NCBI GenBank assembly: GCA_040954595.2
Contig: CM082579.2
Coordinates: forward strand, 6,065,625-6,129,624
Source of the DNA: Balanoglossus misakiensis
Lineage: Eukaryota; Animalia; Hemichordata
Reading direction: 5' to 3'
Length of the DNA: 64,000 nt
Part shown: piece after piece, positions 12,771 through 26,900 of the stretch
Position numbering within the stretch: the first letter of the stretch is position 1
How the letters are laid out: every line of letters begins with the position of its first letter
The notes under the pieces: model-generated
What the model was told of the DNA's origin: nothing
Database searches by the model: none
What the model saw: the letters and a program-made list of their open reading frames with translations, nothing else
Translations under genes and position numbers: made by a program

Positions 12771-14969
12771 ACCCCAAAATGTTTGATTTCTACGAAGGCC
12801 TATACTTGGCCGTGCTATATCTGATCGCCTTCGTGATCAAATGACGTGAATGACTTTATTGTATTCTGGATGGACTTTCAAGTTCTTTGCCTGTGTGGGC
12901 AAATTTGAGATATGGAGGTCATGTTTTTGGACGAAAATCACATTCTTTTAATACTTGTAATAAATGTCTAACGAAGTGTTGAACGATTTGAATCATGCGT
13001 AATTATATTACATGTAGGACAACAGGGGCAAAGGAATCGTGTTGGTTGTTGATGATAAAATGATATTATTTTTTAAAACAATGTGGCATTCCTTGCTGTT
13101 GTTTGTCAATGTTGTAAATAACTGTAAAAGAGATCGCCCAACGTCGTATGGTCGCCCAGCGTCACTCCTGTACACAAGAGTGACGCTAGTTTGGACTGAA
13201 CCACGTTGGTGACAGGCTTAATCTAACACCATAGAAACACAAGATAACTGCATATTGGTGTCAGTCTGACCGACAGAAAATTTATTCCAATGTCAAACTC
13301 CATTTTTTTTCTCACGTCCGTCTTACACACACATTTTCTCTCAGAGTACAATACTGTATCTGCATAAAAGGCTAGCGTACCATTTTCCTCTCCTCTTTGG
13401 AAGGGAAAAAGAAATCACATCAAAGTACAAAAATTGACACGGCAAAACATTTCATATGCATCGGAAATATGATACAAGCATATTATATATTCTCAAGAAA
13501 TTGATTAACTTTGAATACAAACTTACAGAAAAACTGAGCTCCTTGCAATATTTGTTCCAAAGAGACTTCCGAGTCAGGATAATTTATTCACAGACTTTGT
13601 AATTTGATAAGCGATCAAAATGTTTGATGGTGGCATTCATGGACTACTACGCCAAAGAGATGGACTTTCACACAGTGACATTAAAGACAGGTGGGTGTCG
13701 GTACAGTGTGCAATTAAAAAGTCATACATGGACCATATGACTAGATCTAAGGGTAGATGCGAGACAAGAACACGTTCCAAGCAATATGTTACTGTGATAT
13801 GCAATATTATTTAAATTTTGCAGCGTGTTTTGATGTTTGTTTACAAAAAAAAGTCCCATGAAACCCCCCTCTCTTTAAACAATAGGCTCATCCAATATAA
13901 TAATAAGCGCTTTCCACACATGGGCAACCCAAAGCACACACACACTAAAACAAAGCCTTTTGCATTGATTTGGGATGGTTTTTCCTTCATACTTTTCACA
14001 TAATATGGAAGTGACCTTGTATGGCGGATGTGCTTGCTTCCGGGCGAACATTTGGACATTAACTGGTTGAGAGAATGTCACTGGTGTCGCAGAAAATGAC
14101 AAAAAAAAATGGTCATGCTTTATGTAGTATTGTGTGACTCTTGCTTTCACGTAGATTGGATTTTAAAAACTCGCAAGCGCAAGGACATAATTCTGCCAGT
14201 TCTTCATCACTTTTTGAAAGCCCCAACTTTTTGTCACCCTCACTCAGGGTAGGCCACACCCATTTCAAAATGGTACAACCTGGGTCACAATTGATACAAC
14301 AAGGTTCAGTTTATTTTATTGCTAAAGTCTGTGTGCATGTAGCGAAGGCAGGCTGGCTATGAACGAAAACAGTAAATGATCTGTAAGTAGATTTTCCTGC
14401 TTGAACAGATTCTTCCCTCCTTTATTTTTTTACAGACTGGCAGTTTGCTTCTAATAGAACATATCCACAAACATATAAAATACCCTATTCATTAAAATAA
14501 ATTCTAACATTTTATTTTCTAGCAAGAATTCAAACACAATCATTTAGATTTGATTAATTATATTTTAACACAATCTTTTTTCTTCAAATTTAATCCTAAT
14601 ATAACAACCATTTGAGTAAATTTCCAATCGTAATGAATTTCACAACTCAACAAAAAAAAACATGATGTATGTACAAATCTTCTAAGTTTTTTCTCTCCAA
14701 TCAATTAAACCTGGAAATCAATACAATTTCAATGGTCCTGAAACGCCGTAAATACATTCAAATGGAATGACATTATAAAAAAAAAACAAGCAGAGACTCA
14801 GATCTGGACTTCTTCAATCCAGAATCAGCCCCAGAGAATCTTGTCGAAGAAATCCCATTTCCCGCAGGATTGCCGATAGTTATTTACATATTTTATTCAA
14901 CATTGGATATGATGGCAGTGACTGTATCTTGTTGACAGCAGGTCTGAAGAGGGACACTCCAGTAGTTGT

Positions 14970-17900
14970 TCATTCACTCTCAGTGTCTGCGTACAATGAA
15001 AAGAGGGAAATAAAAAAATATTAAACCTTCTATATAGAACAAATAATGTCAAAATTACATTTTTTCCATGCTGTGCTTGCCCGTTAAAAATGTTATAAAC
15101 GTTGACAGCATTCCTAGGCATATAAGCTGAAAAAATAAACTCCATAAACAAGGTTTAATCACAGGACAGACACGCACCATCATTGCTGACTTGATTATTC
15201 TGCGGCATGCCATCGGCCGCCCCTTCTGCAGGGCGTGGCTGACCATCGGGCGGTTTCAAACCGTCCGAATCCGCAGCCAGCTCAGATTCCCCGCCACTTT
15301 CCAGCACGTCCAACGCTGCTTGCACGGCTGTGTTGCCTGCCTGCTCTTCGGCCATCTTCTCCTGCAACTGAACCTGTGAAAGACTTGTAAGAGTGGGAGG
15401 CAGGTCATCGACCGTCACTTCGTTCTCCTCCTCCTCTTTATCCTGGGCGGCGGAGTCTCCATTGATTTGAGGCGCCTCGGCCGCCGGATCTTCGGCCGGA
15501 TTCTCGCCACCTGTCTCCGCTTTCTCCGTGGAATCCTCTTCCTTCTCTTCCTCGGCTTTTTCCTTTGGTTTGACAGCTTCCTGCGCTTCCGCATTGTCCT
15601 AAGACAAAACAAATAGGTCAAGTTAGTTTTGCTATCTTCTGAAATTGATTCAGCATTTTATCCAGGATTGTATCGTACGTCTCTGCTTTTTACTGTGTAT
15701 TTCTTTTTTTTAATTCACTTATGTACAACGTAAGTAGAAATCTGGCAAATGACAGTATTTTAACATTTTCTAGTTAACCCCATCTTAACCGGGGAATAAT
15801 TAAATCATCAACAAGTTCTACTGGGAACATAACACTGGCAAAGAACAATAGATGTGGCTCTCCCTCCCTCGTAATGAAATGAATCACCATGGAGATGGAG
15901 TAGGTTGTATTAAAGACAAAGTGGGTAGTTTACATACACGTACTTCGGCATCAAATCCTTCGTTAGCTGCCGTGTCTGCCATGATTGTAGAGGTGTACTC
16001 TTGCATCTCATTGACGGTGTCCTGTTCTTCATCCTCTTCACCACTGCCAGTACTGAAGAAAAAAAAATTCAAATTTCACATTCAAGGCAATTTTACAGTC
16101 CACTTTCTGTCATGTTACTTACAAATCCCACTGTTTGAAACAAATCACGTGGCTATGATCTCTCACCTGGTATGTGGCTTCGACTCGCTGACAGAGAGCT
16201 CTATCTTCACTGTCTTAGTTGCCATATTCTCACTGTCTCTGTGGAAATTAAACATGCAAATGTAGTTTTAAATACTTGACAGTACAATATTGAGACTGAC
16301 ACGCTGTACAAATATGGAAATACCATGTGTGATAGAATGACATGGCTAACAGCAGTGGGTGTAGAATAATTTGATTGTTGTACTTACTCGTCTTTTTCAC
16401 TGACATCAAAGTTGGCTGCCAAAGCATCATCCCGTGCCTGTGTGGAGATCACACAACAGAATTGCAGTTGTAGTCAAAACATTATAGTTCAGTCAGGCGA
16501 TTTGACTGGTGACCGGCTATACTATTATCTATGTCACTGTTGTGTACTAGCTTTTTCAAGTTTCTTCACAATCACCGGACAACCAACACAAGGCAGACAT
16601 TTCACTTACTTTTCCCAGTTCTTCTTCCTCGGCTGGTGTTATCGCCATGGCAGTCTCCACAGTCTGAAGTTCTTTACTCTGATCCTCCGCCTCCTCCGCC
16701 TCACTGGAGCCAGAGTCAGAGTCCTCATCACTGCTCTCTTCATCATCACTATCATCATCAGATGAACTGTCTCCTGAAAAAAAATACACAAACAAGAAAA
16801 AATGATCACAACTTTGAATAGTAGCTAAAGAGGAACTTGAAAACAATTGGGGTAAAAACCACAGAATTACTGCTACAGAAAGATGACAGAAGACATAAAA
16901 GTGGTTAGTTCACAAATTGACACATATCTTGACAAAGACAGTAAAAACAGTTCAATCTGCCATGGTCACTGAAGTTTACACAATGTAGGTGTCAGGAGCA
17001 AAAGGTAAGGTAAAGTATGGATGGAGTATGGACAAGAACTCTCGGAAGTTTTACCTGTGTAATCTGTGGAACTGCTCATGAAATGACCTGTTAATACATC
17101 GTTGATTATCATTAATAAATACGGTCAGGGAAATTTAAAAGTTTTTCTAATGCCAAATACCTATTCAGAAGCAAACACGATTAAAAGGCACTGCAAATGT
17201 TTTGTATTGCATGCTTTCTTTCTTCTCTCTCCATTTCACTCTGTTGTTTTGCAGGGTGAGCGGCTGTGGACTTTCACAAACCCATGCTGTGCATTATGAA
17301 AATCCCAGAATCATGCAGTAAAAATGGCAGAAATTCAGTAGCCACTTTCACAGAATTACAAAATGCAACCCAAATTTCAAAAATATGACAGTTTAAATGC
17401 TCTCAAAACTTCAAGCTAAATTTTTGGCAGTCTTATTCCATGTCAAATACTTCTTAAGTTTTTCAAAACCATAAGGCAGTTTTATTCCACAAAACTGGAA
17501 AAATCAATTCCTTAACACACACACACAAAAAACAAACAGGACAAGACAACTAGACATGCCTGGTGGAGATGTCAAGGCCATTCTCAGAAGTGTAAATAAA
17601 TCACCTTCACCACTCAGTGCCTGACCAGCACCCGTGTCGGTCCCAGTGGTCTCGCTGTCATCCTGTCTCTTGGACATCACCCCAGCTCCGGTGCTGTCCA
17701 GGTCCTGCATCAGGCGAAAGAACGCCAGCTCGTTGAAGAGGATCTCGGAAATATCCACCAGTAGATCTTCTCCACACTCCCTCATTCTTAAAATGAAAAA
17801 AGAATGGAAAAAGTTAAAGCTAGATCGTTTTGAGGGGAAAAAATTTCATTCTAGTTTTTTTTTTTTGTGATTAAACTTTGAGTGTAATAGCTGTTGAAAT

Positions 17901-20900
17901 AAGAGATCTCAGTACATTTTCTTGACCAGATAAGAAAACATGATCATTATCCAGAAACTCTCACAAAACACTGTTGAACGGGAAATATAAAACCAATTTT
18001 TGCAGAGAAGACAATCAGCGAAATAGCTGTCTCTCCCCCTGAACCAAGATCAGCAAACACTCACTTTCTGCCAGAAAATTTGGAGAGAGAGTCCTGCAGG
18101 ATGGAGCCCAGCTGCTTGTTGAAGAAACGCACAAACTCCTGGCTGTCTCCCCTCTGCCTGGTCAGCGTCAGCACCAACCTCCTGATGTAGGCCAGCAGCT
18201 GTGGTGAACACACGTCGTCCATGTGCTCTTTGAGGTACGGTATCACCTCCTGCATGATGTTCTTGATCTGTCTGTCCAGCTGACCTGTGTCTATTCTGGG
18301 GTACTGAAAACAAATCAGCAATAAACATGCGAAATTATAGTTTTCCCTGAGATTATAAAAACCCAAGTAAGCAACGTGCTTTGTCAGCAAATGTGGTGTA
18401 CAGCAAATGTATCCTTCTTTGGCAGGGCTTAAAAATAACCTTCTTGTTGTGGTGCAATAACTTGATGAAACTTCACATTCCCATAAGAATGGTAATTCTG
18501 AGACTGGTTAAATTGGTGGTTCCCCGAAACTAAAGAAAATCCACACAGCAGTCTTTGGAGAATGTCCCCATCAATACATGTTTTTTTCTGAATGATTTAA
18601 AGGAAGACTTACAGGGACATCAGAGATGGAACTTTCACTGCCAACATCCTGGGCAGAGCTGTTACTTGTCACATCGGATGTTTGTCTGTCTTTCTTGGCT
18701 GGAGTACTGGCCGCACTGGAGGCCCCCTTGCCTTCTGCTTCGGCCTTCATTCTCTCATACTCTCGCATCCGCTGCACAAAACAAATCAGTTCTTGCAGTG
18801 AGTGCGTGGCTCATGTATCAAGTTTGACATTAAACAAATCTTTAAAACCCCATGCAAGGTTCCAGTATGACCATTGCATAGACGAATCCACATGACAGCA
18901 AGTTTCATCTGGATTATAATACATATACATACAATATGGTCAAGTTCTGAGCTGAATATATGTGGATGAGAAAGCGATTGAAAGTGAGAGAGCAGGCACA
19001 CAGAGAGATGGAGAGAGCAGTAGGAGGGAGGGACAGAGAGAGGTAGGAGGGAGGGAGACATGAGGGAGAGAGAGCAAAATACAGAGCGCGATGGGTAATG
19101 ATGCATGACACAGGGGTACTACAAAAAATGACGACAAAACCATCCAGGTTAAAACATGTTACTTGAGAGCAACTGAGAGTAGAAACACCACTGCAGATTA
19201 AACAACCACTACAAACCACAAGACACTAAAGAGAAACAAAGTGAAACAGTGCAGAAAACATGTTGGAATGAATGAAGTGCACACCACACAATCATGCAGA
19301 CCTGCAATGGCTACAGATACTTCAAGAAGTGCTAGGGCCCCGGCAGTAGTTTTCACAGACCTTCAAAAACTTAACTAGAAGACTACAAAAACAGAGACAC
19401 AGACATGTACAAGTAAACGTTTTGACAGCCGCGAAACAACTTGGGAGTTACGGGCACCTGAGTGCACATACCTGCATAGCTTTGTCAAGGTGAATGACGG
19501 TGTTTCCCAAATCATCATTAGCAAAACCGAAACTGTCTACGTGGCTGTTTGTAGGAGTGGACAGGGAACTGGCCGAGCTTACATTTTCTGCATAGTCGTA
19601 CGAACTGATTGCTGGCTCAAGGTAGCCAAATAGGTTGGGGTTCTGGGCATAGAGACGAGCCTGTCGACAAACACAAGCAAAGTTAGGAAATCCCACGCGC
19701 GGATGGGGCTTCACTACGGCACCAGTTTATACCCTTGTTTAATTAACGTTGGTTAACCCCAGCGTTGCCTGAACACGGGGGTGTTTTCCCCCCCTGCGAA
19801 TTTTCACGGACTGGCTACTCTACTTAACTGCAGATGGCATGACGAAATCTTTCAGTAAAAAGACATTTTATACTTAGCTTCAAATCGTGATAAGTGTAGA
19901 TAGATTTTTTGTGCAAATTAATGAAATCAATGAAAATATAGAAGCGAGTTAAGTTCGAGTGCGAAGTAGATTTTCATATTGTGAGATAGAAATATCATGA
20001 AAAACCACCCAATGTCCTCGACTACTACCACCACCATCACCAATGAATACCCAGCACCAATGATGTGCTGTGGCTCAATTCTGACAGGTCAACCTACCCG
20101 GACTTCTTCGTCGTCTGATGTGACAATACTCTCACTTGGCGTTTGCTCTGAGTTTGTGGAGGCCTGCCAGGCTGGACGGGGCTGTAAATATCATCAAGCA
20201 AAGCAATGCGATGAATTCACAAACACAGCAATGACTGACAAGACGGTGCGTGCATGCAAAAGCAGGGGTACGGTTAGGATGGGATAGGTGGGGGGTGCGG
20301 ATGGGCATGCAGAGAGAAACAGACTCATGCAACATGTCTGGCCGGGAATGTGAGATGCTCAAAAATTACCAACCACTCAAAAGTCCTTGTGACAACTGAG
20401 ATGAAGCCAGTGGGAGAGTAGATGGATGGATGGATGGACGGTGAAAACATGGTGGAATGTTTTGATGAATGGGAAAAAAAAAGCTCCCAGTGCCTTCAAA
20501 AGATCCATCACACAAACCCCAATCGTGTGTCACGCAAAACCCATCCAGAGTAACAGGAAAGACTACTGCATTTGAACCAGAGACAAGGGACACTTATCAT
20601 TTTTTAGTTTTATTTTCCACTGCCTAAATCCCTTGAAAGAAAAACCCAACCACTCCCCCTCTCTCACACAAAGTGTCAAAAATTCACCTGTGAAAGAGAC
20701 ACACTATTCTATACAAGTACTTACAACATTTGGAAGTGGCTTGGACAGACTCTCCTCAGTCAGGTACCTCGACACCAAGTCTTGGATGGCATACAGCGAC
20801 CGCTGTCTCAGGTAGTCAGACGTCAGCATCTGCAGTTCCCTGAACAGCTCTATAAGGTAGTGTGGTCGCGTTTCATTCTGCGAGATCAGGGTGGCCACTT

Positions 20901-23900
20901 CGGAGTAGATGTTCTCTCTCAGTGCCTCAAACAAGGAGAAATCGCTCGGTGCGTCCGAGTCTCTGTGAGGGAGAGGAAAATAACTGTAAGATGTCTTGTT
21001 TGAAGTACACTTTTTATATCCTGCTAAGTGCTTTGGACTGCAATGTCTTCATACATGTACTGGAGTTTGCTCTTTGAATTGCAGCCTACACTCAATATTT
21101 TCTAGTGATACCACATCCGGATTTGAAACAGAAATCAACATGCAAACACAAACATCCACTGAATAGTGGAGTCTGCAACGTCATCAGCAAAGGGAAACTT
21201 ACGCATCACTCATGGACTTGGCTGACCTCCCCGTTCTATTGCCCTCCTCGTTCAAACCACCGGGCACGCTGGACATGGCACTGGACATGCTTGCAGTGTC
21301 TATGAACGCCGTGCCACTGATGCCGGCACTCAGGCCGGGCCTGTAGCCCGACAGGTAGGAAGCCTTGGGATGTTTGCTGCGGTCCTTCTTTGCCAGGCTT
21401 CTCGTGGCTTCTGTCCTGCTGGGAAACTTGGTACCAACCACATCTACCGGAGAGAGAGAGACAGAGTATTCAACCTGTGTTATGATTAGGCGACACAAAA
21501 CTGGAATGTTTCGAACTGAATATCAAAATTGACATATGACATTTTTGCCTTCTAATGACTATAAAAATCTTGGGTTGTCAACACCACATTTATATTGTTG
21601 TTTCCCACTCTAAGATCTCACATGTCTTACTTTTCAAGATGAGACATCAAACTTACCTGGGTTTGGGGTTGCAGCTGACATAGTGGCTCCTTGTGACCTT
21701 GCTACACGCCTCTTCTCCCTGTAAATGCAAAGAGACAAAGAACTGTAGCCTACTTAACTGTGGATACTGGCGCCCCCCTCAGTGAGGAACACATCCTGCC
21801 CATAACCTGTGATGAAACTTCAGTTCTTCAGTTCACGAAAAGAAATTCTAATTTCATTTCGTGATGCGATTATAAAACTTTAGGATGTGTACTCACGCTT
21901 TCTTGAGGATTTCCTCTAGGTTCAGAGGTGGTACATGTAAGCCAATCCTAGGATCCTCGTTCATTCCTTCCTCCTCTTCGTCATCCTCATCATCATCATC
22001 CTCGTCCTCATCGCCATCCTTGTCTGCTTCATGCCTCCTTGGAAATGTCTGAACAGCGTCGCCCTGCAGCCAGGGATTCCGGTTTGCCTCTTGGAACAGT
22101 TTCGAGGCGTCGAAGCGCCCGCTGGTGTCGTAGCGTTCGTAGCGAGGGTACCCCGCAGACTCGGCCGTCCGCCGGTTGCCCGAGGCCAAGAGTCTCTCAT
22201 CATACTGATTTGCATAGGTACTGGGATACGAGAACGTGGCCGGGAACTGCGGGGTCAAGCTGAACGGAGAGTTCCGCGACGCGTGGGCGCGCATGTACGG
22301 CGACGGGCCGAGGCTCGCAAACTGGGGGCGACCGCCGAACCGCGAGTCGTCCAGGTTGCGCGTCGACGGCATCCGGAGGCTGCCTCCCGTGGAATTGTTC
22401 TGGTTCTCGTTGTCCCTCGTGGAGAGCTGCTGGAAGTGCTCCTGCAAGGCACGGATCTCCAGCTGCTGGGCGTACAGCTGATTGTAGGCCTGGTTCAGGT
22501 TGAGCATCAGCTGCTGCTGCTGCAACTGCATGTTGTAGCCCTGCATGGCGTCGGGGAACGGGGACGGCGGAACTTGGAACGGGGTCGCGGGACTGGTGGG
22601 TGATATGCCGAAGGGAGTGGGAGTTCCTGCAGCAGCGAAGCCCAGGCTAGGTGTAGCTGAACAGACAGCAAAAGAGAAACAAAAATCACACATCAAGACT
22701 CATGTTACAGACATCTTCGGTACCTACATCTATTAAAATTTCTTTGGGATTTCAACCAAGTGACATTATTCAATCAAATGTATTGCCAAAATGTGTTACT
22801 CTATAAAATTTCATTTCTTTCTAAACTGTGCCACAGTAGTTAACCAAGCTTTACACTGTGTGACTGACCTGCTTGTTGGCTTTGTACAAGTGTTGTTAGT
22901 CCCTGCATATCACGTATGAGCGCGTGACACAGACTTGTACTGGTGTTCAGCTGCTGCTGCAACTGTTGACATTGCCACAGAAGCAACTGATTCTCTGTCT
23001 CTTTTGGATCTTCCATCTTCTGGTCTTCTTGTATCAGCTCTTCGGCTGACCTCACGTTCTGCTGGGGCAGATAAAAAATATATATATCATCATGTTATAG
23101 TACACAGTCACTATTCACACTCTTAGTGTTAAGAGCTCCACGCAAAATCTTCAGGACATCTGGAGGAGATTTCTAGGAAACTCGACCGTCACATTTTTCA
23201 AGTTAAGTCTGTCCATATAATGTGTTGAAGGATCAACGATAACCATCAACCATTTGAAACAGGTATATCCTATTATTACACCGTCTTTCCCTCACCTCTT
23301 GTTGTCTGCCTGATTGGATTGGTCCCAAAAACGGCCACCGAGAGTGGTAAACTCTGTCACCAGTACTGTACGACCTCCTGCTGGTCGGCTCATCTGTCAA
23401 GAAATTGACCATGGTACAATTAAATCCAGAGTTTGCAAATGACCTATACATACTGTTTCCAGTTTTACAACACCAAAGTTTTTGAGAGAATCACAGTGGC
23501 ACAAACACACACACAAACACCTACCATCATCTGCCAGCTTCCTCTTCTTGTGTAGTGAAGACGACATCTCCTGAGGCGCTTGAGGTCTCCTCAGGCGATG
23601 ACGATAGTCGGCTTCAATGGTGTACGTATCGTGATCCGACGTGTCCTCCTGCTCCTCTTCTTCCTCCACCTGGACGATGCCGTCGCTGGGGTAACCATCG
23701 TCCACCTCCTCATCATCAATGTCACTCAGGTGCGTTGTGGAGCCACCCCAGGTTGCCTGCGTTGTCACATCGGCACTCATTCTGCTTAGGATATACAAAA
23801 AAGATGCGTCTTTTGACTCTGTGTCTTCAATGTGGTTCTAACTTCAGGAATTGCCAGTGAGTCTGACTAATCAATGGACTTGGACCAAACCATGATATTA

Positions 23901-26900
23901 CTTACCCATAGCCATCGTTGGTGTCACTCTGCACTGAGAATGTACCCCTGTCAGATTGGTTGTCGCCACTCTGGCCCTACAATGGAAATGAGTAAAAAAA
24001 ATAATGATACCTAACCAGTGGAAATGAGCTACCATTATTTAACAGTCCTATAAAAAAACAAAGCAATGTTTATACATGTGAGTTAGTGCTAGAGACCGTG
24101 ATGGAGTAAAGACACTCACCCTCTGTCTTCTACTCTCTTGCAGCAGAATTTCTAACTCTTTCCTCTTCTGTCTCAGTTCTTCGCGGAGGATCTTATGCCG
24201 CCTCATTTCTGACCACAGTTCTCTGTTACAATCTGTAATAGTAACAGCAATACACATGAAAATAACGAGTGTGTGCGTCTAAGTACATGAATGCCATTTG
24301 TGGCTCAAACTCAAAGTCTCCTTGCAAAAAAACATATGATGCTATTATTATAATGGCCCACTGTTCTCAGTGCGATGACACAAACAACATTACCATGGCC
24401 ACAAGCAGTTTGACTTACCAGGGCCTTCAGCTATTGACACACGGGGACTATCCACAACTTTCCTTTTTTGAGTGCCAGCACTTGGAGGGCGCTTCCTGCT
24501 CTGTCCTGGGTTGTTCGTCTGCTGTAATAAGAAAGGGGACTTTTCTTATCACCAGTTACATGTACAGTAATCAGAATTCATTGAAATCTATATTTGTGTA
24601 GAGCTTCATAGACAACATCAGAGACATCAAACAGGTGATTGCTATGCAAGTCAATTCTGGTGAACTTTGTACAGCTTACCAGAGAGAGATGGGGGAATTG
24701 GTCATTCAGAGACTTCAGCTGTTGTTGTACGGTCATCAGTCTTTGCCGCTCTTCCGTCAGTTTACTGAGTTCGCCTCGTTGCTGTCTCATTTTAGCCATG
24801 TAGTACGCCTCCCTATAAAGTGTACGCATAAAGAGCCACTCTGTTAGTACTGGTTCCAAACACCTCTGCGGAAAACAGGCTGTGATATGTTCACCTCTAG
24901 TTTTCTAATTGCTAAAAACCCCCACCTTGTCTTCTCATCCACTTTTCCCTGCTGCGATAGTCTCCTGGCTCTGCTCTCCAACTCGTAATCTGATAAAATC
25001 TCTCCATCGATACTGGCAGCAAGTTCGGCCAGATCGTCTGGCAGAGCTTCCGCTGCCTCCGGAGTTTGCTGCACCATGGCAACCAGTTCCTGCAACCGCC
25101 TAAGCTTTCTCTTGGCTGCCTTCAATTTTCTACAAACAGACAGTAAAGAAATGAATTAAGTCCAAACAAGAGGGTTCATTTATTTTGATCAGCTCATGTC
25201 TACATGAAATTAAGAAAAGTTTTGGGGTTACCCCCCCCCCTCCCCCCCAATAATGAAACTACTACTTTTCTCTGGCCAGTAGGAATTCCAATACACACAG
25301 CTTATTACATCATGATCAGTATAGTAGAACTCACTTGACTTTTTCCTGTATTTCGGGGTCGTCGCCCCAAGCACCCAGCAGTGAGCTCTGATTGCTTTCC
25401 GCGTCTTCATTCTCACTGTCGCTCTTGTTGCCAGTATCATCACTCTCGTTTCCGTCCGCTCCTTCATCTTCGTTATCATCCCCATCAACTTCATCCTCCT
25501 CCTCGTCACTGCATTGCTGCGACTCCTCCCTGGTGCTCTCTGATAGCTAGAATGTGCAGGAAAAAAAATGAAAGTTAGACCTCTGGCAAATAAAGATTAC
25601 AGAATATCTCTACAGGCTAAATATCATCTGTATTAGTTCTGATATCAGCAAACATAGAGCTTACCTCTGATTCTCTCCTATCCTGTTTTGGTCTTCTCAC
25701 ATCTTCCCTTTGTAACCTCCTGATGAAAAAATTAAATAATAAACTTGTCTTATTTCTTGTACGCTTCTGCATGTTCTTTTTTCAAAGTGAGTGCAATCAA
25801 AGTTCTTCGCCTATTGAGACATGTTACAAACAGCACAACTACGATAGAAACAAACTGTAATCAATCCTCGGCAGACTTTTTGATTCCAAATTATGTACAC
25901 TTCAGTGAAACTGATAAAAACCCTGAACTGCTATTGTAGTGAATCGGTGAACAATGGCGGGGATATGTCACTGATGACTGTCTTGTGACACTTTGACTTT
26001 GCCTACCTCAAGTTCCTCATGAGTATGGGATCTTCATAGTCAGCCATGGACGAGGTCTCTTCTGTATTTTCATTGGGATTGGGTTCTGAGTGGATAAATT
26101 CATTACCGCTCTGGTAGTATTGGACGAGATCACGCAGGCGATTCAGCCTGTCCCTGACTTCACGCAGTTTTCTGAAACGGTGACAATATGCACATCAATT
26201 TCTTTGGCTCACTAAAGCAAACAACTATTACTCAGAGTCACATGGTCTTCACTCACAGAAAAGGTGGGTTTCTCATTTTCTTCATGATAAGTTGAGACAA
26301 TAAGAACCGGGCTGGTGTTGAAAACAATCCTTCCAATGCTGCGGTCGGGAAGGGCTCAATGATATTGGTACATGCGTCAATCATGATGACCATGGAAGTG
26401 TTACATCACAACTACAAATATAATGGGCTTTTGTCCAGATCATACTTTTTGTTAGTGTGAACAACAGGTTTGTATTCAAGTTACTATTCCATTATCATGT
26501 ATGTCTGCATACAGACTTATTATCAGGGATTATATGCCAAACGCAATTCCTAATTTCACGACTTTCCAGGGGTTTCTGTGTGAGTTATCTGAAGATTCTG
26601 AGGTACTAATGCTGTAAAACCTATATTTCAAGGTTTTTTCAAATTTCAATACTCACTCTAGCTTCTCCCGGGCTTCGAGTGCGTCCAGCAGCTCTTGAGT
26701 TGCATCATGGGGTGTCTGATTGGCTGATGCAGTGGCCTGGATTGATTCGTTGATACGCTGCTGAGAGGAGCTGGCACTGCCAGAGTCCGCATCTGTTGGG
26801 GGGGGAGGGGGGAGGGGGAGGAGGGGGCAGAGAGAGGAGGACAGATGTGAGCAAGTTGTAAAACCAGTCATAGTGTCTTTTTGTCTGAATTCAATATAAG

